DNA of 64,000 nucleotides, from the sequence record SRR31156797_886, one strand, 5' to 3'. How positions within the stretch are numbered: the stretch's first letter is position 1; the number at the start of each line of letters is the position of its first letter. The notes under the pieces are model-generated. The model had not been told where the DNA came from. It saw only the letters and a list, made by a program, of their open reading frames with translations, and did no database searches. Made by a program: the position numbers and the translations under genes. Below are positions 9,290-17,819 of the stretch, piece by piece.

Positions 9290-10623
9290 TTTAGTCCTCC
9301 AATTAGCGTAATGTATCCAAAAGTATTATTTAGTTCTTCGGTGGTGTTAAAGTCGGTGTTGTACCAGTATTTTGTAACGCGTTCCATATATCTTCCTCTT
9401 AACGAAAACTCAAGGTGTTTGCTTATATCGTAAATGATATTTCCTTCGATTTTATAGTTTATTTTATCAGAGGTATTATAGATGGTAAAGCTCAACCGCT
9501 CATTATAATCCTTTAGGTTGCCTAATGTAGCCTCTGCTTCCAGCCAAACCTTTGGCAATAATTTTACGCCAATCATTTGGTGGAAAACAAAATCATCTCT
9601 GTTTCGCTGGTTCCATATCCTGAAAACTCCGGTTTCGGTATAAAGGTCAAGATTTCCAAATGGAAAAACATAAATCAACAGACCTGCCTGTTTTGTTTTG
9701 GTACGCGTAAAGTCACCATAAGAAGCCATTCCTTCGACGGCAAACAGGCCCAAATCCTTTCGGATAGAAAGCGAAAAAAGCGATTCCTCTTCAACGGTTT
9801 TGGTGGTATCTGCCAGCAAAACATTCAGGGTGGTATCGTAAAAATCTGTTTGATTCCGAAAGTCGACCCACAGCAAGTGCCAGGCTGCCGTTGCCCTTAT
9901 ACCGGTAGGGATAGCCCACACCAGGTTTCCGTAATATTCATGCTGATGGATTTTTCCTTTGAAAACGGGCCATTCAACACCCAGGTAATTCACCTTTTGC
10001 GAAAAATCAGCAGCTACAAAATTGTAGCCCTGATAGGTTCGGATGGAGGGATGCACACGAAGCCTGAATCCAACATGGGTATAATACAATTGGTCATAGA
10101 GGTAACTCTTGCTGTAAATCGTATCAACATTTTCTACACGGTCCGCCCACCAGTTTTTCAGGTCGTCGTTCAAACCAACACCAGGCCCTGTTTCAAGATA
10201 CACCAGTTCAAACGGGTTTGTTTGGGCGATGCCCATCTTTTTTTTCCTTTCTGCCGAAAGTTCATCCGCAATTCGAACGGCATCATATTCTCTGCCTGAT
10301 AAAGTGTAGCTGTAATACAAATACTCGATGGTTGCTTGTGAAATCGGATTGAGTTGACGGGCATCTTCGAAATAACGAATGGCATTTCGGTAATTTCCTT
10401 GCTCGTACCAGGCAATACCAACCCGCATCTGGATGTAATAATGATCAAGGCCGACTTCAATAGCCTGCTTCCCTAAAACGATCAATTCATCCCACCTGGC
10501 TTCATCATAAAGAGCCAGTGTGATACTATCATACTTTTGGAAATCAACTTTTTCCTGAGCATAGGCAAAATAACCCAAACCAGACAAAATCAAAATCAAA
10601 AACTTCGTTGTTAATCTCTTCAT
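9277..10623 (-). CDS. TPR plus probable outer-membrane beta-barrel protein
   Basis: Signal peptide, N-terminal TPR (RVGIAWYEQGNYRNAIRYFEDARQLNP), amphipathic beta-strands and a barrel-like C-terminus GGLKWKL. Confidence 0.7.
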   Translation of the reverse strand: MKRLTTKFLILILSGLGYFAYAQEKVDFQKYDSITLALYDEARWDELIVLGKQAIEVGLDHYYIQMRVGIAWYEQGNYRNAIRYFEDARQLNPISQATIEYLYYSYTLSGREYDAVRIADELSAERKKKMGIAQTNPFELVYLETGPGVGLNDDLKNWWADRVENVDTIYSKSYLYDQLYYTHVGFRLRVHPSIRTYQGYNFVAADFSQKVNYLGVEWPVFKGKIHQHEYYGNLVWAIPTGIRATAAWHLLWVDFRNQTDFYDTTLNVLLADTTKTVEEESLFSLSIRKDLGLFAVEGMASYGDFTRTKTKQAGLLIYVFPFGNLDLYTETGVFRIWNQRNRDDFVFHQMIGVKLLPKVWLEAEATLGNLKDYNERLSFTIYNTSDKINYKIEGNIIYDISKHLEFSLRGRYMERVTKYWYNTDFNTTEELNNTFGYITLIGGLKWKL

Positions 10624-10624
10624 A

Positions 10625-12826
10625 TTATGATTTGATCTCCTTTGCCACGATTTTCAATTGATCTGAAATAATCTTGAAGTCAAGAATCCGGTCATTCTCG
10701 ATCAGGAGATCGAAATTAAAATTATCACTCCTGTTATTTGAATATTGCAATCGGGCTTCCGATTTCAGGACTATACTGCTTTCGCTCAGGTCATCGGTCA
10801 TATCCACATAAACCATCTCAAAATCTGCACGCATAAAAATATAGAAGGGAGCTATAAAATCCTGGATAATTCGCTGAAAACTATGCCTCAACACATCAAT
10901 CGGAAATTTGTCGCGGACCACCAAATTCGTTTTATAAGCCATCGAAACTTTGTATGCACCCAAATAAAAATAATACAGCAAGGTGTTTTTATCGCCGGCA
11001 AACCGTGTAAAATAAAACAATCGACCATTATTTTTAAACCAGGCTGTAGCTTCCTTCTCCCTGCATTTGAAATAGGTATTGTTATACATATCAGTCAGCA
11101 CTTCCCATTCTTCAATAACAGGTTCTCCCTCATTTATCACATACTCAAAGCTTAAGGTTTGCCCCGGCACAAAATTAAAGGCCTTGTGAAGCGAATCGTT
11201 TTTATTGATATTTAAGACAACCTCCTCCTTAAGTGGCCTGTCGTAGGATTTTAAATTGTAGCCATTGGAAGTTTTCACCAGGTAATCTGAAAGGGCATAA
11301 TCCAACGTTTTAGAACCAATGAATGGATTTTTCTGTATTTGGAAATGAATATGCGGAGTTGGTGACCTGCCTGAATTCCCGACCTTAGCAAGCAGAGTTC
11401 CTTTTTTTACCTCATCATTAACTTTAACTTCAAAGCTGCCATTTTTAAGGTGCGAAATTTTTGAGTAAAGATGTTCGTCATGCTTGATGATGATGGTATT
11501 GCCCCAGTTCTTTTCGAGGTTTACGTCACCAACAGGGTTATCCTCCACACCATCCAGAATTTCCTGAACTACCCCATCACCGGGTGCAATAACAGGTTGG
11601 TTGTAGCAATAATAATCCGATGGCTTTGTTCCGTTTCCCGAATATGATTTCCCATCTTCGTCAAAAATTTCAAAATCCCAGGCATGACGCCAGGCTTCTT
11701 TATGTGTATATTTCCCTTTGTGTGCTTGTGTAACATTCCATTCGCCCCAAAACGGCAGGTTAATCTGGTTGTGACGGGCAGATTCATCAAACCGGCTTTT
11801 GAAATTCTCCTGCGCATACAGGTTTTTTTCCGGTGAATATTGCTGGACGGCAACCAGTTCGGGCCGGCTGAAATTACGCTCCCTGAACTTCAGGGCATAC
11901 ACGAACATCACAACAATGATGTTAAAAGCCAGACTATAAATTGAAAGCTGCAAATTGATAAAGAAAGCAGATGTTGATGTGATGATGATGGAAGTGATTG
12001 GTGTTATCAACAGCACCCACAGAAAGGAATATTTTGAAGGAACCAGGAAAAATCCGCCAATGGCAATGGCAGTGAGGATGTAGTTGAATCCGATATAATC
12101 GTAACTCAATTCGCCAAAATTTGCACCAATAAATAAATAATAAAAGTACGCAGAGAAAAAACCCAGCAATGAGAGCAGGAACGCGATCCGGGAATAGATC
12201 AATAAACCGATGGCAATTAAAAATCCGGCCAGTAAATGGTACTGGAAAAATATTGCCCCTAATGATTGAAAGTAGATAAGAATGCTGTCATGGATCGGGA
12301 GATCATTCATCCAATGGTAGGCCTCAACCAAAAATGTACCACCGTAATCATACATGTCGTTGATCATGTAAAGCCCACGTTCACTCACTTCGAGCGAAGT
12401 AAACTGTCGCGATGCCAGGCTCACCATCCAAATGCCAAATAGAAAAGGCCAGGCCAGATAAGGGAGGCCGTATTTACCAAAATGGTTTTCGAGCCAGATG
12501 GTTACAAAAAGCGTTAATAATGATGCAAAAACCAGTAGAAAAAAAAATGCTATGCCTGGCTGGTAATAAATGCCCAGCCCCAAACCCACCAACAGACTGT
12601 TAAATCCGTAGTATCCCTGGCTTACTTTAAACCTGTTGTAACCCATGAGGATGGCAAGTCCGTTTACTGCAATCACAGAAAGCAAACCAGAAAGGCCGGC
12701 CAGCCAATCGAAAAAAGTTACAAGGAGCAAAATGAGGGCAAAAAACTTATTCTTCGAAAAGAATACCTGGGAATAACTATTCAGGGTTCCTTCGATAAAA
12801 CCGATGATATGCTTTTGGGTGGGCAA
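10625..12826 (-). CDS. Urea transporter family membrane domain fused to an M23 (LytM) metallopeptidase
   Basis: TTG start. Duplicated hydrophobic halves with SQVFF/GAIFFQ and GYYGFN/IGFN motifs. C-terminal HAWDF, VIAPGDG, WGNTIIIKH, SHL and GNSGRSPTPHIHFQ (HxH). Confidence 0.88.
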   Translation of the reverse strand: MPTQKHIIGFIEGTLNSYSQVFFSKNKFFALILLLVTFFDWLAGLSGLLSVIAVNGLAILMGYNRFKVSQGYYGFNSLLVGLGLGIYYQPGIAFFFLLVFASLLTLFVTIWLENHFGKYGLPYLAWPFLFGIWMVSLASRQFTSLEVSERGLYMINDMYDYGGTFLVEAYHWMNDLPIHDSILIYFQSLGAIFFQYHLLAGFLIAIGLLIYSRIAFLLSLLGFFSAYFYYLFIGANFGELSYDYIGFNYILTAIAIGGFFLVPSKYSFLWVLLITPITSIIITSTSAFFINLQLSIYSLAFNIIVVMFVYALKFRERNFSRPELVAVQQYSPEKNLYAQENFKSRFDESARHNQINLPFWGEWNVTQAHKGKYTHKEAWRHAWDFEIFDEDGKSYSGNGTKPSDYYCYNQPVIAPGDGVVQEILDGVEDNPVGDVNLEKNWGNTIIIKHDEHLYSKISHLKNGSFEVKVNDEVKKGTLLAKVGNSGRSPTPHIHFQIQKNPFIGSKTLDYALSDYLVKTSNGYNLKSYDRPLKEEVVLNINKNDSLHKAFNFVPGQTLSFEYVINEGEPVIEEWEVLTDMYNNTYFKCREKEATAWFKNNGRLFYFTRFAGDKNTLLYYFYLGAYKVSMAYKTNLVVRDKFPIDVLRHSFQRIIQDFIAPFYIFMRADFEMVYVDMTDDLSESSIVLKSEARLQYSNNRSDNFNFDLLIENDRILDFKIISDQLKIVAKEIKS

Positions 12827-12914
12827 CGCTATTTAACTTTTATGTTGAACACAGGTTTATTGTTTCCAAAAGTACACATCTGAATGAATCTGTTCAAACA
12901 GGTACTCTACCGGC

Positions 12915-14273
12915 CTACCGGTCAAATTCTTTGAGATGATCGGGTAGTTGTTCCTGGTGCTTAAAAGTTTCCATGTTTTCTGACTCGCGAATAACATGAA
13001 CCTTTCCTTCCGTATCAATCAAAACAATTCTGGGGCGAAGTGTAATAAACTGCATCCACTGGGTCATGTTATAGGCACCCACATGGTGAATTACGAAGTG
13101 ATCGCCTTTGTTGAGCAACGGCAGCAATGCATTGTCGCGAACCACATCAATATTCATACACAGCGGGCCGTATAGTGTGGTTGTTTCTGAAAACTGGGTG
13201 AATTCCTGGGCGGGTGAAATTTTATGGTCATACCAGTATGCTGTGAACATCAGATTTACACCAACGTCAATAATCGTTGTTCGCTTTCCTGATGCCGACC
13301 GCTTATTTGAAATCACGGTTCCCAGCAGGAATCCGGCTTCATCAATCAAAGCCCTGCCGGTTTCAAGAATAAGCAGAGGCAGGTTATCAGGCGAGAATTT
13401 GGCATTGAGCAGTGCGGTTGAAATTGCTTCGGCAAAATCCGCAAAGTCAGGATTTATATCACGACCGGGCAGGTATGAACCTTTCAGTGTATTTTTTGAT
13501 GGAAAACCTCCCCCGAGGTCGATGTACTTGACTTCATGTCCATACTTTTCCTTGAGGCCATTGGCCAAATCGGCCAGTTTTGTTGCCGCTATTCCATAAG
13601 CTTTGGCGCTCAGCATAAAGGTTCCGATATGGCAGTGCAGCCCCACCAGTTCCATTTTGCCGGAGGCCATAATTTTATTCAGTGCATCCCATGCCTGTCC
13701 GTTTTCGTAGTTAAAACCAAACCTGTCCCACAATGGGTAAGTCCCGGTATCCATATTCACCCTGATGGCAACACGTGGCCTCACCTCCATTTTTTCTGTC
13801 AGCCCGATGATGGTATATAATTCATCCAAATGATCAATATGTATGAGCGACTCATTCTTAATGGCCATCTCAAGGTCTTCTACGGTTTTATCAGGGCCGT
13901 TAAAAATGATGCGTTTTCCTTTAACACCATTATTCAGGGCTTTTTTGTATTCGAATCCTGAGACCACCTCGGCCCATGAACCTTCCTGGTGATAGATATT
14001 ACAAACTGCATCGAGGTAATTGGTTTTGTACGACCAGGCAAATTGTACTTTCGGGTATCGGGTTGAAAATGTTTTTACGGCTTTTCGATAAGTATCCCTG
14101 ATTGTTTTTTCCGACAGCACAAATAACGGTGAACCGTGTTCTGCAATCAAATCAGTTACTTTGATACCGTCGATGTTGGTTTTTGGGGAGTTTTCCGGTT
14201 TACTTCCATATTTGTTAGGCATGTCTGATTCCATTCTCTTAATCAGGGGCCTTTCATATCTTTCTTTAGTCAT
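12915..14273 (-). CDS. Fold-type III PLP-dependent enzyme (diaminopimelate/ornithine decarboxylase family), substrate uncertain
   Basis: Motifs SYKTN (PLP lysine), EVVSGFE, IIFNGPDK, HCHIGT, DLGGGF, LETGRAL, GPLCMNID and GAY. Confidence 0.88.
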   Translation of the reverse strand: MTKERYERPLIKRMESDMPNKYGSKPENSPKTNIDGIKVTDLIAEHGSPLFVLSEKTIRDTYRKAVKTFSTRYPKVQFAWSYKTNYLDAVCNIYHQEGSWAEVVSGFEYKKALNNGVKGKRIIFNGPDKTVEDLEMAIKNESLIHIDHLDELYTIIGLTEKMEVRPRVAIRVNMDTGTYPLWDRFGFNYENGQAWDALNKIMASGKMELVGLHCHIGTFMLSAKAYGIAATKLADLANGLKEKYGHEVKYIDLGGGFPSKNTLKGSYLPGRDINPDFADFAEAISTALLNAKFSPDNLPLLILETGRALIDEAGFLLGTVISNKRSASGKRTTIIDVGVNLMFTAYWYDHKISPAQEFTQFSETTTLYGPLCMNIDVVRDNALLPLLNKGDHFVIHHVGAYNMTQWMQFITLRPRIVLIDTEGKVHVIRESENMETFKHQEQLPDHLKEFDR

Positions 14274-14361
14274 ATCTTGTAAGTTTTCAAAGATGAAATC
14301 GAAGTGTTTTTGTTAATCAAGTAAAAAGAGTATTACAATATTAAAGGTTTGGAGCTACGGT

Positions 14362-15408
14362 TTATAATTCTCCAACTGTAGATATTTTCTGGAAATCCTG
14401 CATATCGACTATCATGTCCCAGGCAAACCTGACAAACATTTTCCCAACTGTATAATCACCAAAAGGCTTCACTTTTTCGCCAAGAGCAAGTTTCACCAGT
14501 GCTTCAGGGATATTGTGCCCAACCCCCACCGACAGGTAGATCCAAGCGGGCATTCGCGGATTGATTTCCAAAAGATAAAATTTTCCCTCTTTATCTTTCA
14601 TCAGTTCCAGTTCAAAGCCTCCTTTCCATTTGGTTTGGCTGATGAATTGTTGGGTCAGGTCGATCATCTTTTGGTCGGAAATTGAAATACCACCCCAGGC
14701 TTTGCCTTTTTCAGTGATGTACTGCTTGCGCATGGGTATGGCCGAAATGGTATTGCCCAGGCCATCGCCGAGGCCTGTAACGTTGTACTCCATGCCATGA
14801 ACAAATTCCTGGATGATAATGGGAAAACCCCACTTTGCACTTATTTTGTTAAAATAGGTTTTTACCTGTTCAACGTTATAGGCTACATAAGCATCGTAGT
14901 ACTTTCCTTTTACCAAAACCGGAAAATCAAAATCTTCTTTGATTTTAAAAATATCTCCAACATCACTGATGGGTTTGCTTTTGGGGACCAGAATATCATA
15001 TTTTTCGCCAAATGCGTTCAGGTTCATTTTATGTCTTTCTTCGAACTGTTCCATGGTTGGCAGACACATGTGAATACCTTTTGCCTTTAAATCATCTTCG
15101 AACCTGATAAATGGATACAACTCTGAATCAAAGTTGGGAATTAAAACATCAAGTGATTCCTTTTCATGGATATAATTAAGCCGCTCATAAACCGCATCCA
15201 TACCGGCAGAAGGATATGGAAACTGGTAGGTTTTATCAACCAGGTCGTGCATATAAATCCCCGGTTCAAGCGACTCGTATGCCAAGCCAATGATCCTCAC
15301 GTCAAAACTTTCAGCCTCCCTGAGTGCCCTGATCACCGCAACACCCGGGCCGGGGCTGTCGATGGCATTCAATCCTGATACTGCAATATTCAGTTTTCGC
15401 TTACTCAT
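14362..15408 (-). CDS. ATP-grasp ligase (carbamoyl-phosphate-synthase-like / carboxylate-amine ligase)
   Basis: Motifs FPVLVKG, IIQEFVHGMEY, FELELMK and LLEINPR. Overlaps the PqqD-family gene by 8 bp. Confidence 0.88.
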   Translation of the reverse strand: MSKRKLNIAVSGLNAIDSPGPGVAVIRALREAESFDVRIIGLAYESLEPGIYMHDLVDKTYQFPYPSAGMDAVYERLNYIHEKESLDVLIPNFDSELYPFIRFEDDLKAKGIHMCLPTMEQFEERHKMNLNAFGEKYDILVPKSKPISDVGDIFKIKEDFDFPVLVKGKYYDAYVAYNVEQVKTYFNKISAKWGFPIIIQEFVHGMEYNVTGLGDGLGNTISAIPMRKQYITEKGKAWGGISISDQKMIDLTQQFISQTKWKGGFELELMKDKEGKFYLLEINPRMPAWIYLSVGVGHNIPEALVKLALGEKVKPFGDYTVGKMFVRFAWDMIVDMQDFQKISTVGEL

Positions 15409-15646
15409 TATCGATTAATGAAAAATTACGGAGTAACCCAATAAAATCTTCGGTGTCTTTTTCTAAAGTATTTACATCAATATCATACGAATTGTGCAAC
15501 GCTCCGGTTATCTCCGAAACAGACTTTCCTTCTTTTAGATATTGTAGTATTGTAGCTCCCAATGGGTTTACAGTGTAAGATTCGCCCGTTTCCGGGTTAA
15601 AAATAAAACCCGTGTCGCTAACTGCAATATTATTTTTAATCTTCAT
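15401..15646 (-). CDS. Stand-alone PqqD-family protein (RiPP recognition element, RRE)
   Basis: 81 aa with three beta-strands (IAVSDTGFIFNPETGESYTVN) then three helices (PLGATILQYL / VSEITGALHNSYDID / TLEKDTEDFIGLLRNFSLI), the PqqD pattern. Confidence 0.88.
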   Translation of the reverse strand: MKIKNNIAVSDTGFIFNPETGESYTVNPLGATILQYLKEGKSVSEITGALHNSYDIDVNTLEKDTEDFIGLLRNFSLIDNE

Positions 15647-15660
15647 GGATTTTCTGATTA

Positions 15661-16443
15661 TTATTGAACAACAATTTTCCTGGCTTCAGACCTGTTGTTT
15701 CCTGACTGCAGGTAATAAAAATAAACACCAGCCGGTAGTTGGGCAGTGTTGATCATCAGATCATTGAATTGACGATCGACCTGATAGCTTTCTATTACAT
15801 TTCCATTGGCATCGTGCAGGATGATTTCACCTGATCGGGCGCCATCCGGAAGTTCGAAAGGAACGATGGTATAATCGCGTGCTGGATTTGGAAATGCCGG
15901 ATCTTCAATGGACATAAATTCTTCGCCCTGTCCTGATGAAACCAGTTGGCCGGGTAAGTCGAAAACAACGGTGGTTATGCTATAGGGTGAGGTGCTATAA
16001 TCATAAACATACATCAGCATTTTTGTTTCGTCATCAACGCTGTACACATACACATACTGGCAGCCCTCAACGGTAAGCAGGGAAGTCCCGTCCTCCTTAA
16101 TAATTTTTGCCGAATAGGTATAAAATTGATTGGTTACATCATAGGAGTAATAAATGTAACACAGCGATAGGGTATTATCATCAGTAAACAAATTTTCAGA
16201 AATATACCTGACATCGTACAGGTATTGATCTACGGGGACATCCAGGTCGATTGTCTTCCATAATGAATGATCGGTATTGTAAACCCTGCATTGTTGGGCC
16301 AGAACATCCATTACATAAAACTTATACCCTGAATTTGAGAGATTGGCATAGGTTCCCGAGTGGCCATAATCGGCTTCAAAGTTGATTTGAGCGTATGACA
16401 GTGTTGAAAGCAGCATGAGTGCAGCGAAAAAGGTATTCTTCAT
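15661..16443 (-). CDS. Small T9SS type A cargo protein, Tyr-rich
   Basis: Signal peptide from M at 16443 (MKNTFFAALMLLSTLSYAQ). CTD reads AFPNPA...LHDANGNVI...GVYFYYL...KIVVQ. Ends 14 bp upstream of the PqqD-family gene. Confidence 0.85.
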   Translation of the reverse strand: MKNTFFAALMLLSTLSYAQINFEADYGHSGTYANLSNSGYKFYVMDVLAQQCRVYNTDHSLWKTIDLDVPVDQYLYDVRYISENLFTDDNTLSLCYIYYSYDVTNQFYTYSAKIIKEDGTSLLTVEGCQYVYVYSVDDETKMLMYVYDYSTSPYSITTVVFDLPGQLVSSGQGEEFMSIEDPAFPNPARDYTIVPFELPDGARSGEIILHDANGNVIESYQVDRQFNDLMINTAQLPAGVYFYYLQSGNNRSEARKIVVQ

Positions 16444-16609
16444 TTTGTTAAGGTTTTTGAATGTTAAATAAGTCCCCAATAATACGTTTAAACATAAATT
16501 AAAATGTATAAGATTTTCATAAAAATGTTCAAAATTTTATGATTGCAAAAAAAGGATTTTTTGATGATTTGCTAATAATCCCGGACCATTATCTGAATAA
16601 TATTACCGG

Positions 16610-16642
16610 TGCGCCTGTCCTGGGCCACCCGGGGCGGGCGCA
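16610..16642 (+). repeat. GC-rich 15-bp hairpin
   Basis: TGCGCCTGTCCTGGG-CCA-CCCGGGGCGGGCGCA is fully paired on the + strand, with three G-T wobbles. Confidence 0.7.
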
Positions 16643-16695
16643 ATTACCACCTGCAATGTACCGGCGGTTTTGCTTTCTTTGCTTTCCAACCTCAT

Positions 16696-17808
16696 CTATT
16701 CAATTACAATATTATAGGTTCCGGCTACCAACAACTTTGCTGACGGCAGTTGCGCAGTCAATTCGATATAATTATTGGCTTTACGACCTGTATTCACTTT
16801 TGTCTTCCTGAAATAAAAGGTTGAATTTTCTTCTTTTTCATACATTAATACATAAGGTTCAGCGTCTGATTGGATGACGGCTGATTTAGGAATCGCCAAT
16901 ACCGAATCAACAGCCGTAAAAATATCACCTTCAACAAATTGATTGCTCACCATAATAACACCTTCAGGGTTATCTATTGCCGCAAAACATTCAACTGCCA
17001 TTGACTCGGGCATAATTGTTTTCCCTATCGCATTGATCGTTGCCTGTTGCTTTTGCGTTTTCCTTCCGTTGAAATAAAATTCCACTATTTGTCCGGGTTT
17101 AATTTTATGAATATCCTTCTCAAAAACAGAGAGCCTTAATTGAAAAGAATTGTTGTCGATAATTTCTACTATGGTTTGCTGCGGATCAACATATTGCCCT
17201 ATTGATGCAGTAATACTTGAAATAAAGCCATTTATGGGTGAATTAATGGGATAAGATGAATAAAATTCACCTTTCTTAATTTTTGCTACATCAAGGCCCA
17301 TACTTTCGAATTTGGCTCTCAATGCTTTATGCTTAGCATTTTCGACATAATACTTACTTTCGGCAGCAATAAAATCTTTTTGTGTAGCAATATTTTCATT
17401 ATACAATTCCTTGGTTCTGAGATAATCGCTTTTCAGTTTCGAAAGAATAGCTGATGATTCTGAGAAATCTTTTTGCAATTCGATAAACCGATGGCCGGAT
17501 ATTTCAAATAATAAAGAACCCCGGCGAACCATTTGGGCCGGTTTACAGTGGATGTTTTCAATTATTCCCGGCAGTGGTAAACTAATTTGCGCGTGTCCGC
17601 CAACAGCCGGGACAATTGCACCGGTAAAATGAACCTTATCGGCAAACGGATACAATTCAGGCGCTCCAATTTTCATTTTTTCCGAATCAAACTGTGCTTT
17701 TGATATTTCTATAAAACCGGAATCGGTATCGGCAGTTTGTTCAGGTAGGTTATTGCATGATATCAACACCACACCAAAAACAAAAACTATAATTATTTTT
17801 ATGTTCAT
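16696..17808 (-). CDS. czcB: RND efflux periplasmic adaptor (CzcB/CusB-like) lipoprotein
   Basis: Lipobox VLISC. Membrane-fusion-protein motifs ISLPLPGII and INSPINGFISSI...GQYV. Lies directly after the czcA-like gene. Confidence 0.85.
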   Translation of the reverse strand: MNIKIIIVFVFGVVLISCNNLPEQTADTDSGFIEISKAQFDSEKMKIGAPELYPFADKVHFTGAIVPAVGGHAQISLPLPGIIENIHCKPAQMVRRGSLLFEISGHRFIELQKDFSESSAILSKLKSDYLRTKELYNENIATQKDFIAAESKYYVENAKHKALRAKFESMGLDVAKIKKGEFYSSYPINSPINGFISSITASIGQYVDPQQTIVEIIDNNSFQLRLSVFEKDIHKIKPGQIVEFYFNGRKTQKQQATINAIGKTIMPESMAVECFAAIDNPEGVIMVSNQFVEGDIFTAVDSVLAIPKSAVIQSDAEPYVLMYEKEENSTFYFRKTKVNTGRKANNYIELTAQLPSAKLLVAGTYNIVIE

Positions 17809-17819
17809 ACTGCTTGCGT

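Noticed and set aside
12827-12914. Small RiPP precursor ORF in this gap or in 14274-14361
   Set aside because: Both gaps are only 88 bp and I found no convincing peptide ORF with a leader motif in either.
15401-15646. PQQ biosynthesis locus
   Set aside because: Only a PqqD-fold protein is present. There is no PqqA (ExxxY peptide), PqqB, PqqC or radical SAM PqqE.
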